From positions 129,732-193,731 of the forward strand of contig CAYREQ010000001.1 in NCBI GenBank assembly GCA_964423445.1: a stretch of DNA of 64,000 nucleotides, given 5' to 3'. Made by a program: the position numbers and the translations under genes. Positions 22,016 to 32,850 of the stretch are shown here, piece after piece. This DNA comes from an uncultured Candidatus Saccharibacteria bacterium (GTDB taxonomy: Bacteria > Patescibacteriota > Minisyncoccia > Phycocordibacterales > UBA9973). How positions within the stretch are numbered: position 1 is the stretch's first letter; every line of letters starts with the position of its first letter. Under the pieces are notes generated by a model. The model saw nothing but the letters and a program-made list of their open reading frames with translations, searched no databases and had not been told where the DNA came from.

Positions 22016-22870
22016 TTATTTAAGATTATTGAAAAGTTTTAATCGTGCTTCTACTATTTTTTCTATGGCATCCACTGCTGGTTGTAATATTTTTGAAGGA
22101 TTTATTTCATTTGGATGTTCATCTATGGCATTTTTTACTGCATCTCTATCTGCGAGTCTTATTTCTGAGTTTATATGTACAATTGAAATACCTGCCTTGA
22201 TAGCATTTGTAAAATCTTCGTCACGTAAACCTGAGCCTCCATGGAGTACTAGTGGCACACCGACAGCATCTTTGATTTCTTTTACCAACTCCGCATTTAT
22301 ATGTGGCTTGCCAGATTTTATAAGTCCATGAATACTACCGACAGAAGGAGCAAATAAATCTATACCTGTCTCCAATACAAATCTCTTTGCATCTTCTACT
22401 TTAGTCAAAACTCCTGCACCTTCAGGGATGCTTTCTTTTATATCTGAGCCAGAGCCGATATAGCCGAGCTCTGCTTCTACGAGCACATCTCTACCGACAC
22501 TACGTGCATAGTCCACGCACTGTTTTGTAAGTTTTACATTATCTTCAAAATTTAATTTTGTACCATCAATTATCACCATATCAAAACCAGCATCAATACA
22601 AGCTTTGACTGATTCAAAACTGCTGTGATGATCGGCATTTAAATATATAGGATAGTCATCTCGTTCTCGTAGAGTTTTTACAAGGGCTACACCTTCTTCT
22701 CTTCCTACAAATTTTTCTTCACCCTCAGAAAGGCCAATAATTACAGGCAAATTAAGCTTTTTGGCAGCTTGATATATCGCATGTAATGCTTCTAAATTAG
22801 AGATATTAAAATGTCCTATTGCTACTCCTTTTTCACTCGCCTCTTTTATAGATTCTCGAAGTGTCTTCAT
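22016..22870 (-). CDS. fba: class II fructose-bisphosphate aldolase
   Basis: GHFNISNLE N-terminus, metal-binding His motifs (LNADHHSS, VLHGGSG), 284 aa. Confidence 0.85.
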   Translation of the reverse strand: MKTLRESIKEASEKGVAIGHFNISNLEALHAIYQAAKKLNLPVIIGLSEGEEKFVGREEGVALVKTLRERDDYPIYLNADHHSSFESVKACIDAGFDMVIIDGTKLNFEDNVKLTKQCVDYARSVGRDVLVEAELGYIGSGSDIKESIPEGAGVLTKVEDAKRFVLETGIDLFAPSVGSIHGLIKSGKPHINAELVKEIKDAVGVPLVLHGGSGLRDEDFTNAIKAGISIVHINSEIRLADRDAVKNAIDEHPNEINPSKILQPAVDAIEKIVEARLKLFNNLK

Positions 22871-22874
22871 CCTT

Positions 22875-24314
22875 CTATTTTAGCATTTCTTTGAGAAGTT
22901 TGATAACTATTTGTGGATTTGCAGAGCCTTTCGACTCTTTAATGACTTTACCCACGAGCGACATGATAGCGTTTTCCTTTCCACTCTTAAATGAGGCGAC
23001 AGGTTCAGGATTTTCATTTATGATTTTTTGCACTATTTCTTTTAATGCACCTTCATCATTGCTCTGGATTAAGTTACCTTCTGTAGCAATTTTTAGTGGA
23101 GATTCATCGTTTACTACGATCTTTGCCAAAATATCTTTTGCTGAGCGAGAAGAAAGTTTATTTTCTGCGAGCAAGTTTACCAATTCAGCAAAATTGTTTG
23201 CACTTGGAATTTTTATTTCAGAATTTGCTTTTTTTAGTCCAATATAGTCAGAAGTGATGTAGTTTGATGCAATTTTTACTTTTTCTACATCATTTAGTAT
23301 TTTTGCCACTTCTTCAAACCAAGTACCGAGTTCTTTATCATTTATATATACTTCTATATCTTCATCTTTGATTCCAAAATCATTTTTATATCGTAAACGC
23401 TTTTGTGTAGGTAATTCTGGTAATTCATTTTTTATTTTTTCTATATCAAAAGCCTCGTGGAGTTTTGCTTTGGGTAGGTCAGGGTCAGGAAAATATCTAT
23501 AATCATCTGCATTTTCTTTAGTACGCTGAGAAAAAGTCTGCTGTTTGCTCTCATCAAAACCTCTAGTCTCTTTTACTATTTGATTTTCTTTTCCATCATT
23601 CCAGAGTTTGGTCATTCTATCTATCTCATATTTTATAGCTCGCTCTACACTACGGAAAGAGTTTAGATTTTTTACTTCTACATAAGTTGTAGATTTTTTA
23701 TCTTTGTCCGGAGATATGGAGACATTTGCCTCTACTCGCATTTCTCCTTTTTCCATATTTGCTTCGGATGCACCCAAGTACCATAAAATAAGCTGATATT
23801 CTTTTGCAAAATTACTCGCAGTCTTTGCTGCCTCTTCGGCTGACTCAAAGGTGTGAGCCTCGGTCACCAGCTCCATCAGTGGCACACCAGCACGATTGTA
23901 ATCGATTAGCGACACTTCACCTCGGTGTTTATTGTTTGCAGTATCTTCTTCTAGGTGTACACGAGTGATGTCCATATTTGCCAAACGTCCACCAGAGACT
24001 ATTGGATATTTGTATTGTGAAATCTGATAACCTTTTGGGATGTCTGGGTAAAAATAATTTTTTCTATCAAATTCTGTAAAGTCTGCAATGTTTGCACCGA
24101 GAGCGAGGCCCACTTTTATCACCTGCTCTACAGCTTTTTTATTTATTACAGGCAATGCTCCAGGGTGTGCCATGCACACAGGACAAATGTTTACATTTGG
24201 TTTTGTTTCATCTGGGTCGTTCTTACAGCCACAAAACATCTTTGTGTTTGTCTTTAATTCAGCATGTATTTCAAGACCTATAGTATAGTAATACTTTTTA
24301 TCTGTTTCACTCAT
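22875..24314 (-). CDS. gatB: Asp-tRNA(Asn)/Glu-tRNA(Gln) amidotransferase subunit B
   Basis: TIGLEIHAELKTNTKMFCGC N-terminus and a C-terminal YqeY-like domain. 479 aa. Confidence 0.9.
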   Translation of the reverse strand: MSETDKKYYYTIGLEIHAELKTNTKMFCGCKNDPDETKPNVNICPVCMAHPGALPVINKKAVEQVIKVGLALGANIADFTEFDRKNYFYPDIPKGYQISQYKYPIVSGGRLANMDITRVHLEEDTANNKHRGEVSLIDYNRAGVPLMELVTEAHTFESAEEAAKTASNFAKEYQLILWYLGASEANMEKGEMRVEANVSISPDKDKKSTTYVEVKNLNSFRSVERAIKYEIDRMTKLWNDGKENQIVKETRGFDESKQQTFSQRTKENADDYRYFPDPDLPKAKLHEAFDIEKIKNELPELPTQKRLRYKNDFGIKDEDIEVYINDKELGTWFEEVAKILNDVEKVKIASNYITSDYIGLKKANSEIKIPSANNFAELVNLLAENKLSSRSAKDILAKIVVNDESPLKIATEGNLIQSNDEGALKEIVQKIINENPEPVASFKSGKENAIMSLVGKVIKESKGSANPQIVIKLLKEMLK

Positions 24315-24356
24315 AAGTACTGAAAGTATATCAATTTAAGGCTAAAATGTCTAAAA

Positions 24357-25037
24357 TTATTTCTTTGGTTTAAATTCGCGGACGATCTTGCCGTCTTCTA
24401 GATATACTATTCTGTCACAAAATTTTGTGTACTCTTCTTCGTGAGTCACCATCACAATAGTCTGGCCTTCTTTGTGTAAGTCCTTAAAGAGCTCCATGAT
24501 AGAGTATCCTGATGCTGTATCTAGATTTGCTGTAGGTTCGTCAGCAAATAAAATTTTTGGATTGTGTGCTGTCGCGCGAGCTATAGATACTCTCTGTTGC
24601 TCTCCACCAGACAATTGACTCGGCTTATTATCTATTCGGCTCAGTAGCCCGATTCTCTCTAGCATATTTTTTGCTACTTCTCTCGCTTCAACTTTTGATA
24701 AACCTTTCATAAGAAGAGGTATCATCACATTTTCTGCTGCTGTCAATTCTGGAATAAGTGCGTAGTCTTGAAAGACGTAGCCGAGTTCGGATAGTCTCAT
24801 CTGAGTTCGCTCTTCGGTAGACATTTGCTCTGTATTTGTATCGTTTAAAACAATTTCTCCGCTAGTAGGGTGATCGAGTAGTCCGATTTGATACATAAGT
24901 GTAGACTTTCCTGCTCCAGATTTTCCCATGATAGCTAAAAATTCTCCTTCTTTTACATCTAAATCAATTCCTCTCAATACAGGGGTTTCGATATCTTTGG
25001 TCGTATATGTTTTTGTTAAATTTTTTATTTTTATCAT
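24357..25037 (-). CDS. ABC transporter ATP-binding protein (MacB/LolD/FtsE-like)
   Basis: Walker A GKSGAGKST, signature LSGGEQQRVSIARA, Walker B ILFADEPT. Confidence 0.9.
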   Translation of the reverse strand: MIKIKNLTKTYTTKDIETPVLRGIDLDVKEGEFLAIMGKSGAGKSTLMYQIGLLDHPTSGEIVLNDTNTEQMSTEERTQMRLSELGYVFQDYALIPELTAAENVMIPLLMKGLSKVEAREVAKNMLERIGLLSRIDNKPSQLSGGEQQRVSIARATAHNPKILFADEPTANLDTASGYSIMELFKDLHKEGQTIVMVTHEEEYTKFCDRIVYLEDGKIVREFKPKK

Positions 25038-25042
25038 AAATT

Positions 25043-26332
25043 TTATCTTCCTAAAATACTATCTAGAGTATTTTTCTTTACAATATTTCTAGCAGGAATA
25101 TACCCAGCCACCAATGTGACCAACATGAGTAAAAAGAATTTAAACATTGTTTCGCCGACAGGTGCCACCAATATTCCGTCTGAGAATGGGAAGTTTAGTG
25201 GGTAAGCATCAAAGAAAGGTACAAATACAAAGTAAACAAATATAAGACCGATAGTACCTCCAATTAATGCATAAAATATAGATTGAATAATATAAGATAT
25301 TTCAATAGCTTTTTCAGAAATTCCAATACCTTTCATAATACCAATATATTTTCTACGAGTGACAGCATTGATGAATATAACGATAAATATAGTAATAGAA
25401 GCAACGACTATTCCAATGAGTCCGATGATGTTTCCGAGTAGAGAAAAGGCTAATCTTATTTGATTTAAAAATTCTGGTTGTGCTTCTTCATCTGTTTGTA
25501 TTTTCCCATCAGGATTAAAACCAGCATTAATCAAATTCAATTTGATATCTTTAGCATTTAATTTTGATGATGGACTAATCTTTAAAGCTATTTCATTTGC
25601 ATTTAAATCAGCTTTATCTACTAAACGCAAGAAATCTTGCTTTGTCACAAAAGCACGCAGTGATGTCTCGTTTACTTTGGAACTAATTATCCCTTTTACA
25701 ATAAAAGTTTTAGTATTTTTACCGACAGTAACCTTTACTTCATCTCCAGGATAAGTACCTTCAATAGAAGCAAAAACATCACCAAAGGCTTCAGAGTATC
25801 TGTGAAGCAAATTTTTTCCTAAAACTATGTAACCACTTTCATTATCATTTATAAAAGTTCCTTCAGTCACATATTTCTTAATACTAGATAAATTGTCTTC
25901 ATCCTCTACTGAGATACCAGTGATTTGAGTCCCAGCTACATCTTTAGGCTCACTAAAGTCTCTACGAGTTTTATAATTTGCTTCAATTTGTCCTCCTTCT
26001 ATATATCTAGAACTAATACTAGCGATGCCGTTCATTTTACGTAGTGTGCTCTCAATTTCATTTGTATGACTTATATTATTATTCCCAGACAACGTAGTGA
26101 TAAGCACGTCTCCACTGTATTGATTTTTGTTAGCAATACTTCCACCTTCTATCAAACCCACGAGAATTCCTGAAACTACGACAAGGTTTAAAAAGGTCAG
26201 CATCATTATAAATATAATGAGTAAAGTAGTAGATTTGTTTGAACCTTTTATTTGTCTTATAGCCAAAAACCAGCCAACTCCAATAATCTGGGACCATTTT
26301 TGACTCATATTTTTTGGTTTTTCCTCTTTCAT
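25043..26332 (-). CDS. ABC transporter permease (FtsX/MacB-type)
   Basis: An N-terminal transmembrane helix, a large extracytoplasmic domain and a C-terminal FtsX-like 3-TM bundle. Adjacent to the ATPase. Confidence 0.8.
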   Translation of the reverse strand: MKEEKPKNMSQKWSQIIGVGWFLAIRQIKGSNKSTTLLIIFIMMLTFLNLVVVSGILVGLIEGGSIANKNQYSGDVLITTLSGNNNISHTNEIESTLRKMNGIASISSRYIEGGQIEANYKTRRDFSEPKDVAGTQITGISVEDEDNLSSIKKYVTEGTFINDNESGYIVLGKNLLHRYSEAFGDVFASIEGTYPGDEVKVTVGKNTKTFIVKGIISSKVNETSLRAFVTKQDFLRLVDKADLNANEIALKISPSSKLNAKDIKLNLINAGFNPDGKIQTDEEAQPEFLNQIRLAFSLLGNIIGLIGIVVASITIFIVIFINAVTRRKYIGIMKGIGISEKAIEISYIIQSIFYALIGGTIGLIFVYFVFVPFFDAYPLNFPFSDGILVAPVGETMFKFFLLMLVTLVAGYIPARNIVKKNTLDSILGR

Positions 26333-26333
26333 T

Positions 26334-27797
26334 CTATTTTTTTAGACCAACTATTTTTTCTCCTTCATTTAATCCAGAAACTATTTCCACCATACTATCT
26401 GTGCCGAGAATACCTAGTGTCACTTCTCTGTCTGTAGTCTTTCCTTTTGCGTCAATTACTTGGACGATATCTTTACCTGCGACTTTTTGTACAAAATAAT
26501 TTGGAATAGCTAAGACATTTTCTTTAGATTCTAGGTTTACAGTTCCGATAGCACTCATACCTGTCTTTATTCTCTCGTCTAATGGAATTTCAACAAAAGC
26601 TTCGTATACAGGAACACCGTCTATCTGAGTATCTCGTGAATTTATAGTTTGTAATGTTCCAGAAAATTCTTCACCTGGTAGAGCATCAAATTTTAGAGAG
26701 ACTGCAGCCCCCGGGGAAAGCCTTGATACATCTAGCTCAGAAACCTGTAAGACAATTTCTAATTTACTTTCTCCTAAAATTGAGATTACTCTTTCACCCA
26801 CAGAAGCATTTTCTCCAACTTCTTTTTCAATATTAGTGACCTTTCCATTGAAAGGAGCGTAGATTGTATTCTTTCTTATTTCTGCATTAATTTTTTGTAC
26901 TTCTGCTAATGCTACCGCAGAAGCCCCGTCACTACCTTCAGTGATTAGTTTTTTGTATTTAAATTCTGCACTTTGTACATTTAAATCACGATTCTTTTTA
27001 GCTTCGTTGTATGCATTGTAGTTTGCTAAGTAAGATGCGCCAGCTTTATTTGGAATATTCAAATACCACATAGTGTCTCTGTAGGGATCGGCATCATTAC
27101 CGGGGAATGTAATATACAGACCTCTCTCACCGAGACGAGTAGAAGTCTCTTTACTAATTACCCGATCACTTTTCTCTAGTCCAAATGTCAAAACTCTAGA
27201 ATCAGGCAAGGTAATATTTTGTTTTTCAATTGAAACTTTGTATTGACCTTCTACTCCATCGTAAATTCCACTAATTGTAGGAGCGTCTACGTTGTAGCTA
27301 TTATTGTCTGGAGTCAATTCTAAATCAGCAGAAAGCAATTTTCGGTATGCACTTTCTACTTTTGTATCTTCTTGTTTTTTAACTCTTTCCAATTCTTCTT
27401 TTGCAGCTTCGATGTCTACGTTTGCTGATTTTAAATTTGCTTGTTTTATTTTTAAATCTGCAAGAAGCTCCCCTATTTCTAGTTGAGCAAGTACCGCTCC
27501 TTTTTGAACAAGCTGATTGTTTTTGACAGAAACACTTGCCAATCTTCCAGAAGAAGCAAAGCCTAGGTCTGCATTGTCAGAAGTCTGTACTTTTCCAGAA
27601 AGAACCACAGATTGTGATACTTGTGTTCTTGCTACTACAAAAGTCTCTGTATTACTATTTTTCCCGCTGAAAACCATGTAGATAACAGCTAAAACTACTA
27701 TCACCCCTAAAACTATAGCTATTTTTTTGTATTTCTTAATGAAATTTATTATTTTTGTCATATTTATATATAATAGCACAAAAAACCCTTTTTCCAA
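26334..27797 (-). CDS. efflux transporter periplasmic adaptor (HlyD/MacA-like membrane fusion protein)
   Basis: N-terminal anchor, coiled-coil hairpin region and beta-barrel/lipoyl-like motifs. First gene of a three-gene MacAB-like operon. Confidence 0.75.
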   Translation of the reverse strand: MEKGFFVLLYINMTKIINFIKKYKKIAIVLGVIVVLAVIYMVFSGKNSNTETFVVARTQVSQSVVLSGKVQTSDNADLGFASSGRLASVSVKNNQLVQKGAVLAQLEIGELLADLKIKQANLKSANVDIEAAKEELERVKKQEDTKVESAYRKLLSADLELTPDNNSYNVDAPTISGIYDGVEGQYKVSIEKQNITLPDSRVLTFGLEKSDRVISKETSTRLGERGLYITFPGNDADPYRDTMWYLNIPNKAGASYLANYNAYNEAKKNRDLNVQSAEFKYKKLITEGSDGASAVALAEVQKINAEIRKNTIYAPFNGKVTNIEKEVGENASVGERVISILGESKLEIVLQVSELDVSRLSPGAAVSLKFDALPGEEFSGTLQTINSRDTQIDGVPVYEAFVEIPLDERIKTGMSAIGTVNLESKENVLAIPNYFVQKVAGKDIVQVIDAKGKTTDREVTLGILGTDSMVEIVSGLNEGEKIVGLKK

Positions 27798-27822
27798 AGG
27801 AAAATTTAGGTAAATTGAGATA

Positions 27823-28836
27823 TTAAGCTAGTTTCTTTAGTATCTTTATAAGGTCATCACTAAAATCTTTGACCATTTTATCATCAAAAAGAGATAATAC
27901 GAAAACCTTTTTACTAACTTTTTGAAATTCTTTTACTTGTTTAGCAATCATTTTTGGGTCTTCTACCACATCACTCTTTGTAAGAATTATTATTTCATCT
28001 TTTTCCGAAAGGCCATCTTCTCCGAGACCTAAATCTTTATCGTATTTTTTCAATTCTTTTCTTATCTCTTTATACACTTTCATCATACCGGTCGTACCAT
28101 TTGATAAATTTTCAAAAGACACCAAATGGGCTAACATTTTTGTACGCTTTATGTGACGCAAAAATTTTACCCCGAGACCTTTACCTTCGGACGCTCCTTC
28201 TATGATTCCAGGAATATCAGCAATGATAAATTTATAAAAATCTCCCAAGTTTGGATCTAGTGTAGTAAAAGCATAATCACCTACTCGAGCCTGAGCATTT
28301 GTAAGGGAATTTAATAGAGAAGATTTACCAGCATTTGGTAAACCAATAAGACCGATATCAGCAAAGAGCTCTAGCTCTATTTTAAAATTTCCCTTTTCTC
28401 CATCTTCACCGTGCTTGGATTCTTGGGGTGTGGTATTTGTAGAGCTTTTAAAATGTTCATTTCCAAAGCCACCATAGCCACCTTTTAGTATTTTTATTTT
28501 CTCTCCTTCTTTTGTGAGTTGCCAAGTTTCATCTGTATCTAAATTTGTGATGATAGAGCCTATTGGTAATTCTAAAAAATAATCTTCACCGTTTGCTCCG
28601 TGTAGACTTTTATTTTTTCCATCTTCACCACGTCCAGCGATAAAACTTTTCTTTGATTTATATTTTGAAAGTATGTGAATGTCTCGGACACCCATTACGA
28701 AAAAATCTCCGCCACGTCCCGCGTCTCCTCCAGCAGGTCCGCCTTTTGGAATAAACTTTTCCTGACGCCAGCGCACTACGCCGTCTCCGCCACGTCCTGC
28801 TTCTGCGTATATAGTTAATTCATCAATAAATGCCAT
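27823..28836 (-). CDS. obg: GTPase Obg
   Basis: Obg-fold glycine-rich N-domain (GGDGVVRWRQEKF..GGPAGGDAGRGGD) plus G1 motif GLPNAGKSS. Confidence 0.9.
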   Translation of the reverse strand: MAFIDELTIYAEAGRGGDGVVRWRQEKFIPKGGPAGGDAGRGGDFFVMGVRDIHILSKYKSKKSFIAGRGEDGKNKSLHGANGEDYFLELPIGSIITNLDTDETWQLTKEGEKIKILKGGYGGFGNEHFKSSTNTTPQESKHGEDGEKGNFKIELELFADIGLIGLPNAGKSSLLNSLTNAQARVGDYAFTTLDPNLGDFYKFIIADIPGIIEGASEGKGLGVKFLRHIKRTKMLAHLVSFENLSNGTTGMMKVYKEIRKELKKYDKDLGLGEDGLSEKDEIIILTKSDVVEDPKMIAKQVKEFQKVSKKVFVLSLFDDKMVKDFSDDLIKILKKLA

Positions 28837-28839
28837 ATA

Positions 28840-29781
28840 TTAAGACTGTAGCGCAATTTGCGCTAATTTGATAGCCCCAGCTTGAGATTTGGCGACTGCT
28901 AGGAATAATGCTCGATGGCAAAAGACAGCATCATCTACGCCAGTAATTTTCTTTAATTCTTCTTCGTCACGCAAACCTCCCCATGCTTTTGGCAAATCTT
29001 TTCTATTTTCAAAGCTTTTTGGATTTTTGCGAACTGTTCTAATACCCCAAGTATTATTTGGTCTTGGGTAAATAATAAACATCGGTTCAGGAATTTTGTA
29101 TAAAATATAATCAAATGGATAATGAGAATCTAAAATTAAAATTCTCTTGTCTTCAGTGTTTTTATAAATCTCCATCACTTTTTCTTCTGCATCAAAAAGA
29201 CCATTGGCAATGACTACTTCTCTTAGAAGAATTGTCTTTGCAAACTTTACACAATCTAGAAAAACTTCGTCTATCTTTGAGTCGTCTTCGTTCCACGCTG
29301 GTTGCACAGAGAAAAAATAACTTTGTATTGTAAAAGGAGATATACCTTCAAAATTTGTAGAATATATATCTTGACCATTGTCAGGGCCATCAATAGGTGC
29401 GACTAATTTATTTCTTACTGAATTAGCTATTTTTTCATTTCCACAAATATCTGTTCCGAATTTTTTCCACACTAAACCAAAAGAAGAATATTCTATACCG
29501 TTTTCATCCTTCCCTGCGCCTCCTATCTGGTGGTGGTCAAATCTATTTGTAGCCTCATCATATATACCTCCTACATCATATACATAATCAGCACTTTTTA
29601 TAATTTCAGGGTCACGGGTACGAATCACTTCAAATTTTTGACCTTCTTTTTCCAAGACTATAGACAATGTGGCTGTGGCAAAAATATCATCAGAGTGAAA
29701 TGATCCATTGTGGGTGACTAATTTTTTTATTGTGTCGTTATTGTTTGTGTTCATGGTTGTGAAAAATATTTTGAAATACAT
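28840..29781 (-). CDS. MYG1-family (UPF0160) metal-dependent hydrolase
   Basis: THNGSFHSDD N-terminal motif characteristic of the MYG1 family. Confidence 0.7.
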   Translation of the reverse strand: MYFKIFFTTMNTNNNDTIKKLVTHNGSFHSDDIFATATLSIVLEKEGQKFEVIRTRDPEIIKSADYVYDVGGIYDEATNRFDHHQIGGAGKDENGIEYSSFGLVWKKFGTDICGNEKIANSVRNKLVAPIDGPDNGQDIYSTNFEGISPFTIQSYFFSVQPAWNEDDSKIDEVFLDCVKFAKTILLREVVIANGLFDAEEKVMEIYKNTEDKRILILDSHYPFDYILYKIPEPMFIIYPRPNNTWGIRTVRKNPKSFENRKDLPKAWGGLRDEEELKKITGVDDAVFCHRALFLAVAKSQAGAIKLAQIALQS

Positions 29782-30349
29782 CGAATAATAATGAGACCAC
29801 CTTCTCTATCAAGAAGAAACCGATGATAAAGAGCAATATTATTAGGAAGAATTCAGTCACACCTTTGTTTATCTGAAGTGCAGTATAACTGAAAAAATAT
29901 CCGAGTGAGACCAATGATAGTGCCCAAAGTGGAGTAGACATCATCTCGGCTTTCAAATATTTCTTGAAATTAATTTTTTTATATCCTGCAAAAATTATAA
30001 CTACATGGTTTACCATCAAAAACTTTGAGAAAAATATAGACCAAAATGGCTTTTCTTCAAAATGTGGCATGACAGTGAGAACCTTTTTTTCTATATATTG
30101 AAAAAATTTGTTGTGATTCAATTTTTGATTTAAAAACTTTCCAATAAAATAGCCGAGAAAAGTCTTTATCGTAGAGCCGAGTATAATAGCTAGGAGTGCA
30201 ATCCAAAAATTGAGCGCGCCGAGCAGAATCAAAATACCAGCAGAAATAGCTACGATTTCCCCTTCAAATATTGTAATTGAAAAAATTAATAAATAAGCCA
30301 AGTACTGACTATTTTCTACTACATGGCTAAGAGCTTGTACTGTATCCAT
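29738..30349 (-). CDS. DedA/TVP38-family membrane protein
   Basis: FEGEIVAISAGILILLGAL motif and polytopic topology. The 3' end overlaps the MYG1 gene start by 44 nt. Confidence 0.55.
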   Translation of the reverse strand: MDTVQALSHVVENSQYLAYLLIFSITIFEGEIVAISAGILILLGALNFWIALLAIILGSTIKTFLGYFIGKFLNQKLNHNKFFQYIEKKVLTVMPHFEEKPFWSIFFSKFLMVNHVVIIFAGYKKINFKKYLKAEMMSTPLWALSLVSLGYFFSYTALQINKGVTEFFLIILLFIIGFFLIEKVVSLLFDVFQNIFHNHEHKQ

Positions 30350-30355
30350 AAATTT

Positions 30356-30805
30356 TTAAAAAAGAGAGTCTACGACTTCTTTTACCAAGGTGCCGTCAGC
30401 TTTACCTTTTAAGTCTTTCATGAGAGCAGACATGAGCATGCCTTTTTTTGTAGCATCAGTAATAGATAGCTCAGCTTGTTTAGCTTGAGCTATTTTCAAC
30501 ACTTCGTCTCTTTCCATAAGTTTTGGAAGGTAAGTATCCAATATAGCGAGTTGGGATTCCTCTACTTTTACCAAGTCTTCCCTGTTTCCTTTTTTAAATT
30601 GCTCTATTGAGTCTTTGCGTTGCTTGGCTAAGCGAGTAATGACAGCTAGTGCCTCCTCGTCATTTAAAAATTCATTTGGTTTTCTATTTTTTGAAACCAA
30701 ATCATTTGTAAAAGCAGACACCATAGCTCGCAATGTCTCTAGACGAACAGAATCTTTCGCCATCATTGCTTCTTTTATTCCATTTTTTATTTGTTCATGT
30801 AACAT
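30356..30805 (-). CDS. GatB/YqeY domain-containing protein
   Basis: 149 aa with the YqeY-like helical domain pattern. Confidence 0.75.
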   Translation of the reverse strand: MLHEQIKNGIKEAMMAKDSVRLETLRAMVSAFTNDLVSKNRKPNEFLNDEEALAVITRLAKQRKDSIEQFKKGNREDLVKVEESQLAILDTYLPKLMERDEVLKIAQAKQAELSITDATKKGMLMSALMKDLKGKADGTLVKEVVDSLF

Positions 30806-30883
30806 AAGAAATGTAAATATAGATTATTTTATAAAAATACATATTTACATTTCTATTCTACCAAAATATGGTAAAATAAGCTA

Positions 30884-31600
30884 ATGAAAAAACTTATATT
30901 TTTTGATACAGAGACCACAGGTAATACTGAAAATGATTTTTTAGTACAGCTCGCTTATAAAATTGAAGATAAAAAATTCAACGAGCTCTATAAGCCAGAA
31001 ATCAAAATCCCACCTGAGGCTTCAGCTGTGCACCACATCACAAATAAAATGGTGGCAGATAAAGAATCTTTTAAAGATAGTGGTGATTATGCTCAGGTAA
31101 AAGAACTTTTTGAAGATGAAAATTCTGTCGTCGTCGCTCACAATGCACCTTTTGATTTAAATGTGATGAAAAAAGAAGGCATAGAGCCAAAAAAGTTTAT
31201 CTGTACACTACGCCTCGCTCGACACCTGGACAAAGAAGAGAAAATAGATAGGTACAATTTACAATACTTACGATACTATCTAGACCTAGATGTAGAAGCT
31301 ACAGCTCATGACGCCCTCGGTGATGTATTGGTGCTCGAAAAACTTTTTGAAAGACTAAAGGCAAAGATAATAAAAGACGAAAATATAAATGAAGAAGAAG
31401 CCATAGAAAAAATGATAGAGATTTCTTCACACCCATCTCTGTTTAATAGACTAAACTTTGGAAAATATAAAGGTAAGACGATAGAAGAAGCACTGCAGAT
31501 AGACAGAGGCTGGCTCGAGTGGCTACTACGTGAAAAAGAAAAAGGTGACGTCTTGGACGAAGATTGGATATATACACTCAGGCATTATCTACAAAAATAA
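30884..31600 (+). CDS. DEDDh 3'-5' exonuclease (DnaQ-like) with small C-terminal domain
   Basis: Exo I FFDTETTG, Exo II HNAPFDLNVM, Exo III HDALGDVLV. The C-terminus carries an FGKYKGKTIEEA...WLEWLL motif. Confidence 0.8.
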   Translation: MKKLIFFDTETTGNTENDFLVQLAYKIEDKKFNELYKPEIKIPPEASAVHHITNKMVADKESFKDSGDYAQVKELFEDENSVVVAHNAPFDLNVMKKEGIEPKKFICTLRLARHLDKEEKIDRYNLQYLRYYLDLDVEATAHDALGDVLVLEKLFERLKAKIIKDENINEEEAIEKMIEISSHPSLFNRLNFGKYKGKTIEEALQIDRGWLEWLLREKEKGDVLDEDWIYTLRHYLQK

Positions 31601-31601
31601 A

Positions 31602-32441
31602 TTAGTCTATTTTTCTCTTGCCTTTTAGGTCTTTTAGGTATGCTATCAATAGAAAACTAATGATTACCAGTAGTGACCAAGAGCTAACTTTGTGAAAAGA
31701 TACAGCCGACCAAGCTGTGATTTGATTTGGGTATTGCCATGCTTTGGTAAATGTACCTATATTTTCGGCAATCCATATAAAAAATGCTATCAATACAAAA
31801 CCCAATACTAGGGGAATTTTTCTCGCTATATTTGTGACTGTAAAAATTATCTTTGTTCGCCAATATAAAATTAATATTATTAAAAACAGAAACCATCTAA
31901 AATCATAGATAAAATGATTTGTGAAAAAATTTACATAAATTAATATTGCTACAAAAATAGAATGTGTGTACGATGGCATACTTTCCAATTTTAGTTTTAA
32001 AATTCTCCAAGCTTGAGCTATGTAGCTACCGATAGATGCATACATAAAGCCACTATAAAGAGGCACATTTGCAATATGGAAAAATCCGACTTCAGGATAA
32101 GTCCAAGAGCCTATGCTGGGGTGTGTCTTGTAAAGCTCAAGCACAAGACCAATAATATGAAACAATACTATCGTCTTTGCTTCGTCTACTGTCTCTACCT
32201 TTGTCGCAATTAATATAATTTGTATCAATACAGCTAAAACAAAAAGCAGGTCTGCCCTACCGATAAATGAAAAATGAATATAGTTTGTAACTATCAGTAG
32301 AAACAAAAAAGACCCAGCAAAGATAGAGGCTCGGGCTTCTTTTAAGGTAAAGAAAAATAATTCTTTTATATAAAACTTAAACTTATCCATATTCGCTATT
32401 ACTATATCACATGGTGAAGTAAGTATACTTATCTCACACAA
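31602..32441 (-). CDS. hypothetical polytopic membrane protein
   Basis: 279 aa with about 8 hydrophobic helices. No motif recognised. Confidence 0.5.
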   Translation of the reverse strand: MCEISILTSPCDIVIANMDKFKFYIKELFFFTLKEARASIFAGSFLFLLIVTNYIHFSFIGRADLLFVLAVLIQIILIATKVETVDEAKTIVLFHIIGLVLELYKTHPSIGSWTYPEVGFFHIANVPLYSGFMYASIGSYIAQAWRILKLKLESMPSYTHSIFVAILIYVNFFTNHFIYDFRWFLFLIILILYWRTKIIFTVTNIARKIPLVLGFVLIAFFIWIAENIGTFTKAWQYPNQITAWSAVSFHKVSSWSLLVIISFLLIAYLKDLKGKRKID

Positions 32442-32522
32442 AATTTTTTATTATAGAATTTTGTGTTATTGTAAAAAAGAACTTAGTTCTAAAATTCTCT
32501 AATAAGGAGCAGATAGCAACAT

Positions 32523-32795
32523 ATGTTAATGTTGAAAGAAAAAGGTGGTGGTGTATGTAATATATACGACCAGGAAAGTGGCATTATGCTTTTATGCGAG
32601 ACAGTCGAAGAAGACTTTGACTTAAACAGCCGGATCTTAAAGGTCCAGCAAGTCTTGCAAAATAGGATAGCCCCATACAAAACCGCGGACATGCGAAAAC
32701 CTGAGGCAGTCATCATATCTGACACTTCAGTATTCTCGATCACTCACGTAGACGACAACTTTTGGGAAATTTTACCCGACACAGTCTTAACATAG
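32523..32795 (+). CDS. hypothetical small protein
   Basis: AAGGAG Shine-Dalgarno at 32504-32509 and an intrinsic terminator immediately after the stop. Preferred over the overlapping antisense ORF 32489..32743. Confidence 0.4.
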   Translation: MLMLKEKGGGVCNIYDQESGIMLLCETVEEDFDLNSRILKVQQVLQNRIAPYKTADMRKPEAVIISDTSVFSITHVDDNFWEILPDTVLT

Positions 32796-32805
32796 GTATC
32801 ATCTA

Positions 32806-32850
32806 TGCCACCAGAAGAGCCACGCTCTCTGGTGGCTTCTTCGTTTAGAT
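32806..32850 (+). terminator. Rho-independent terminator
   Basis: GCCACCAGA...TCTGGTGGC stem followed by TTCTTCGTTT. Confidence 0.55.
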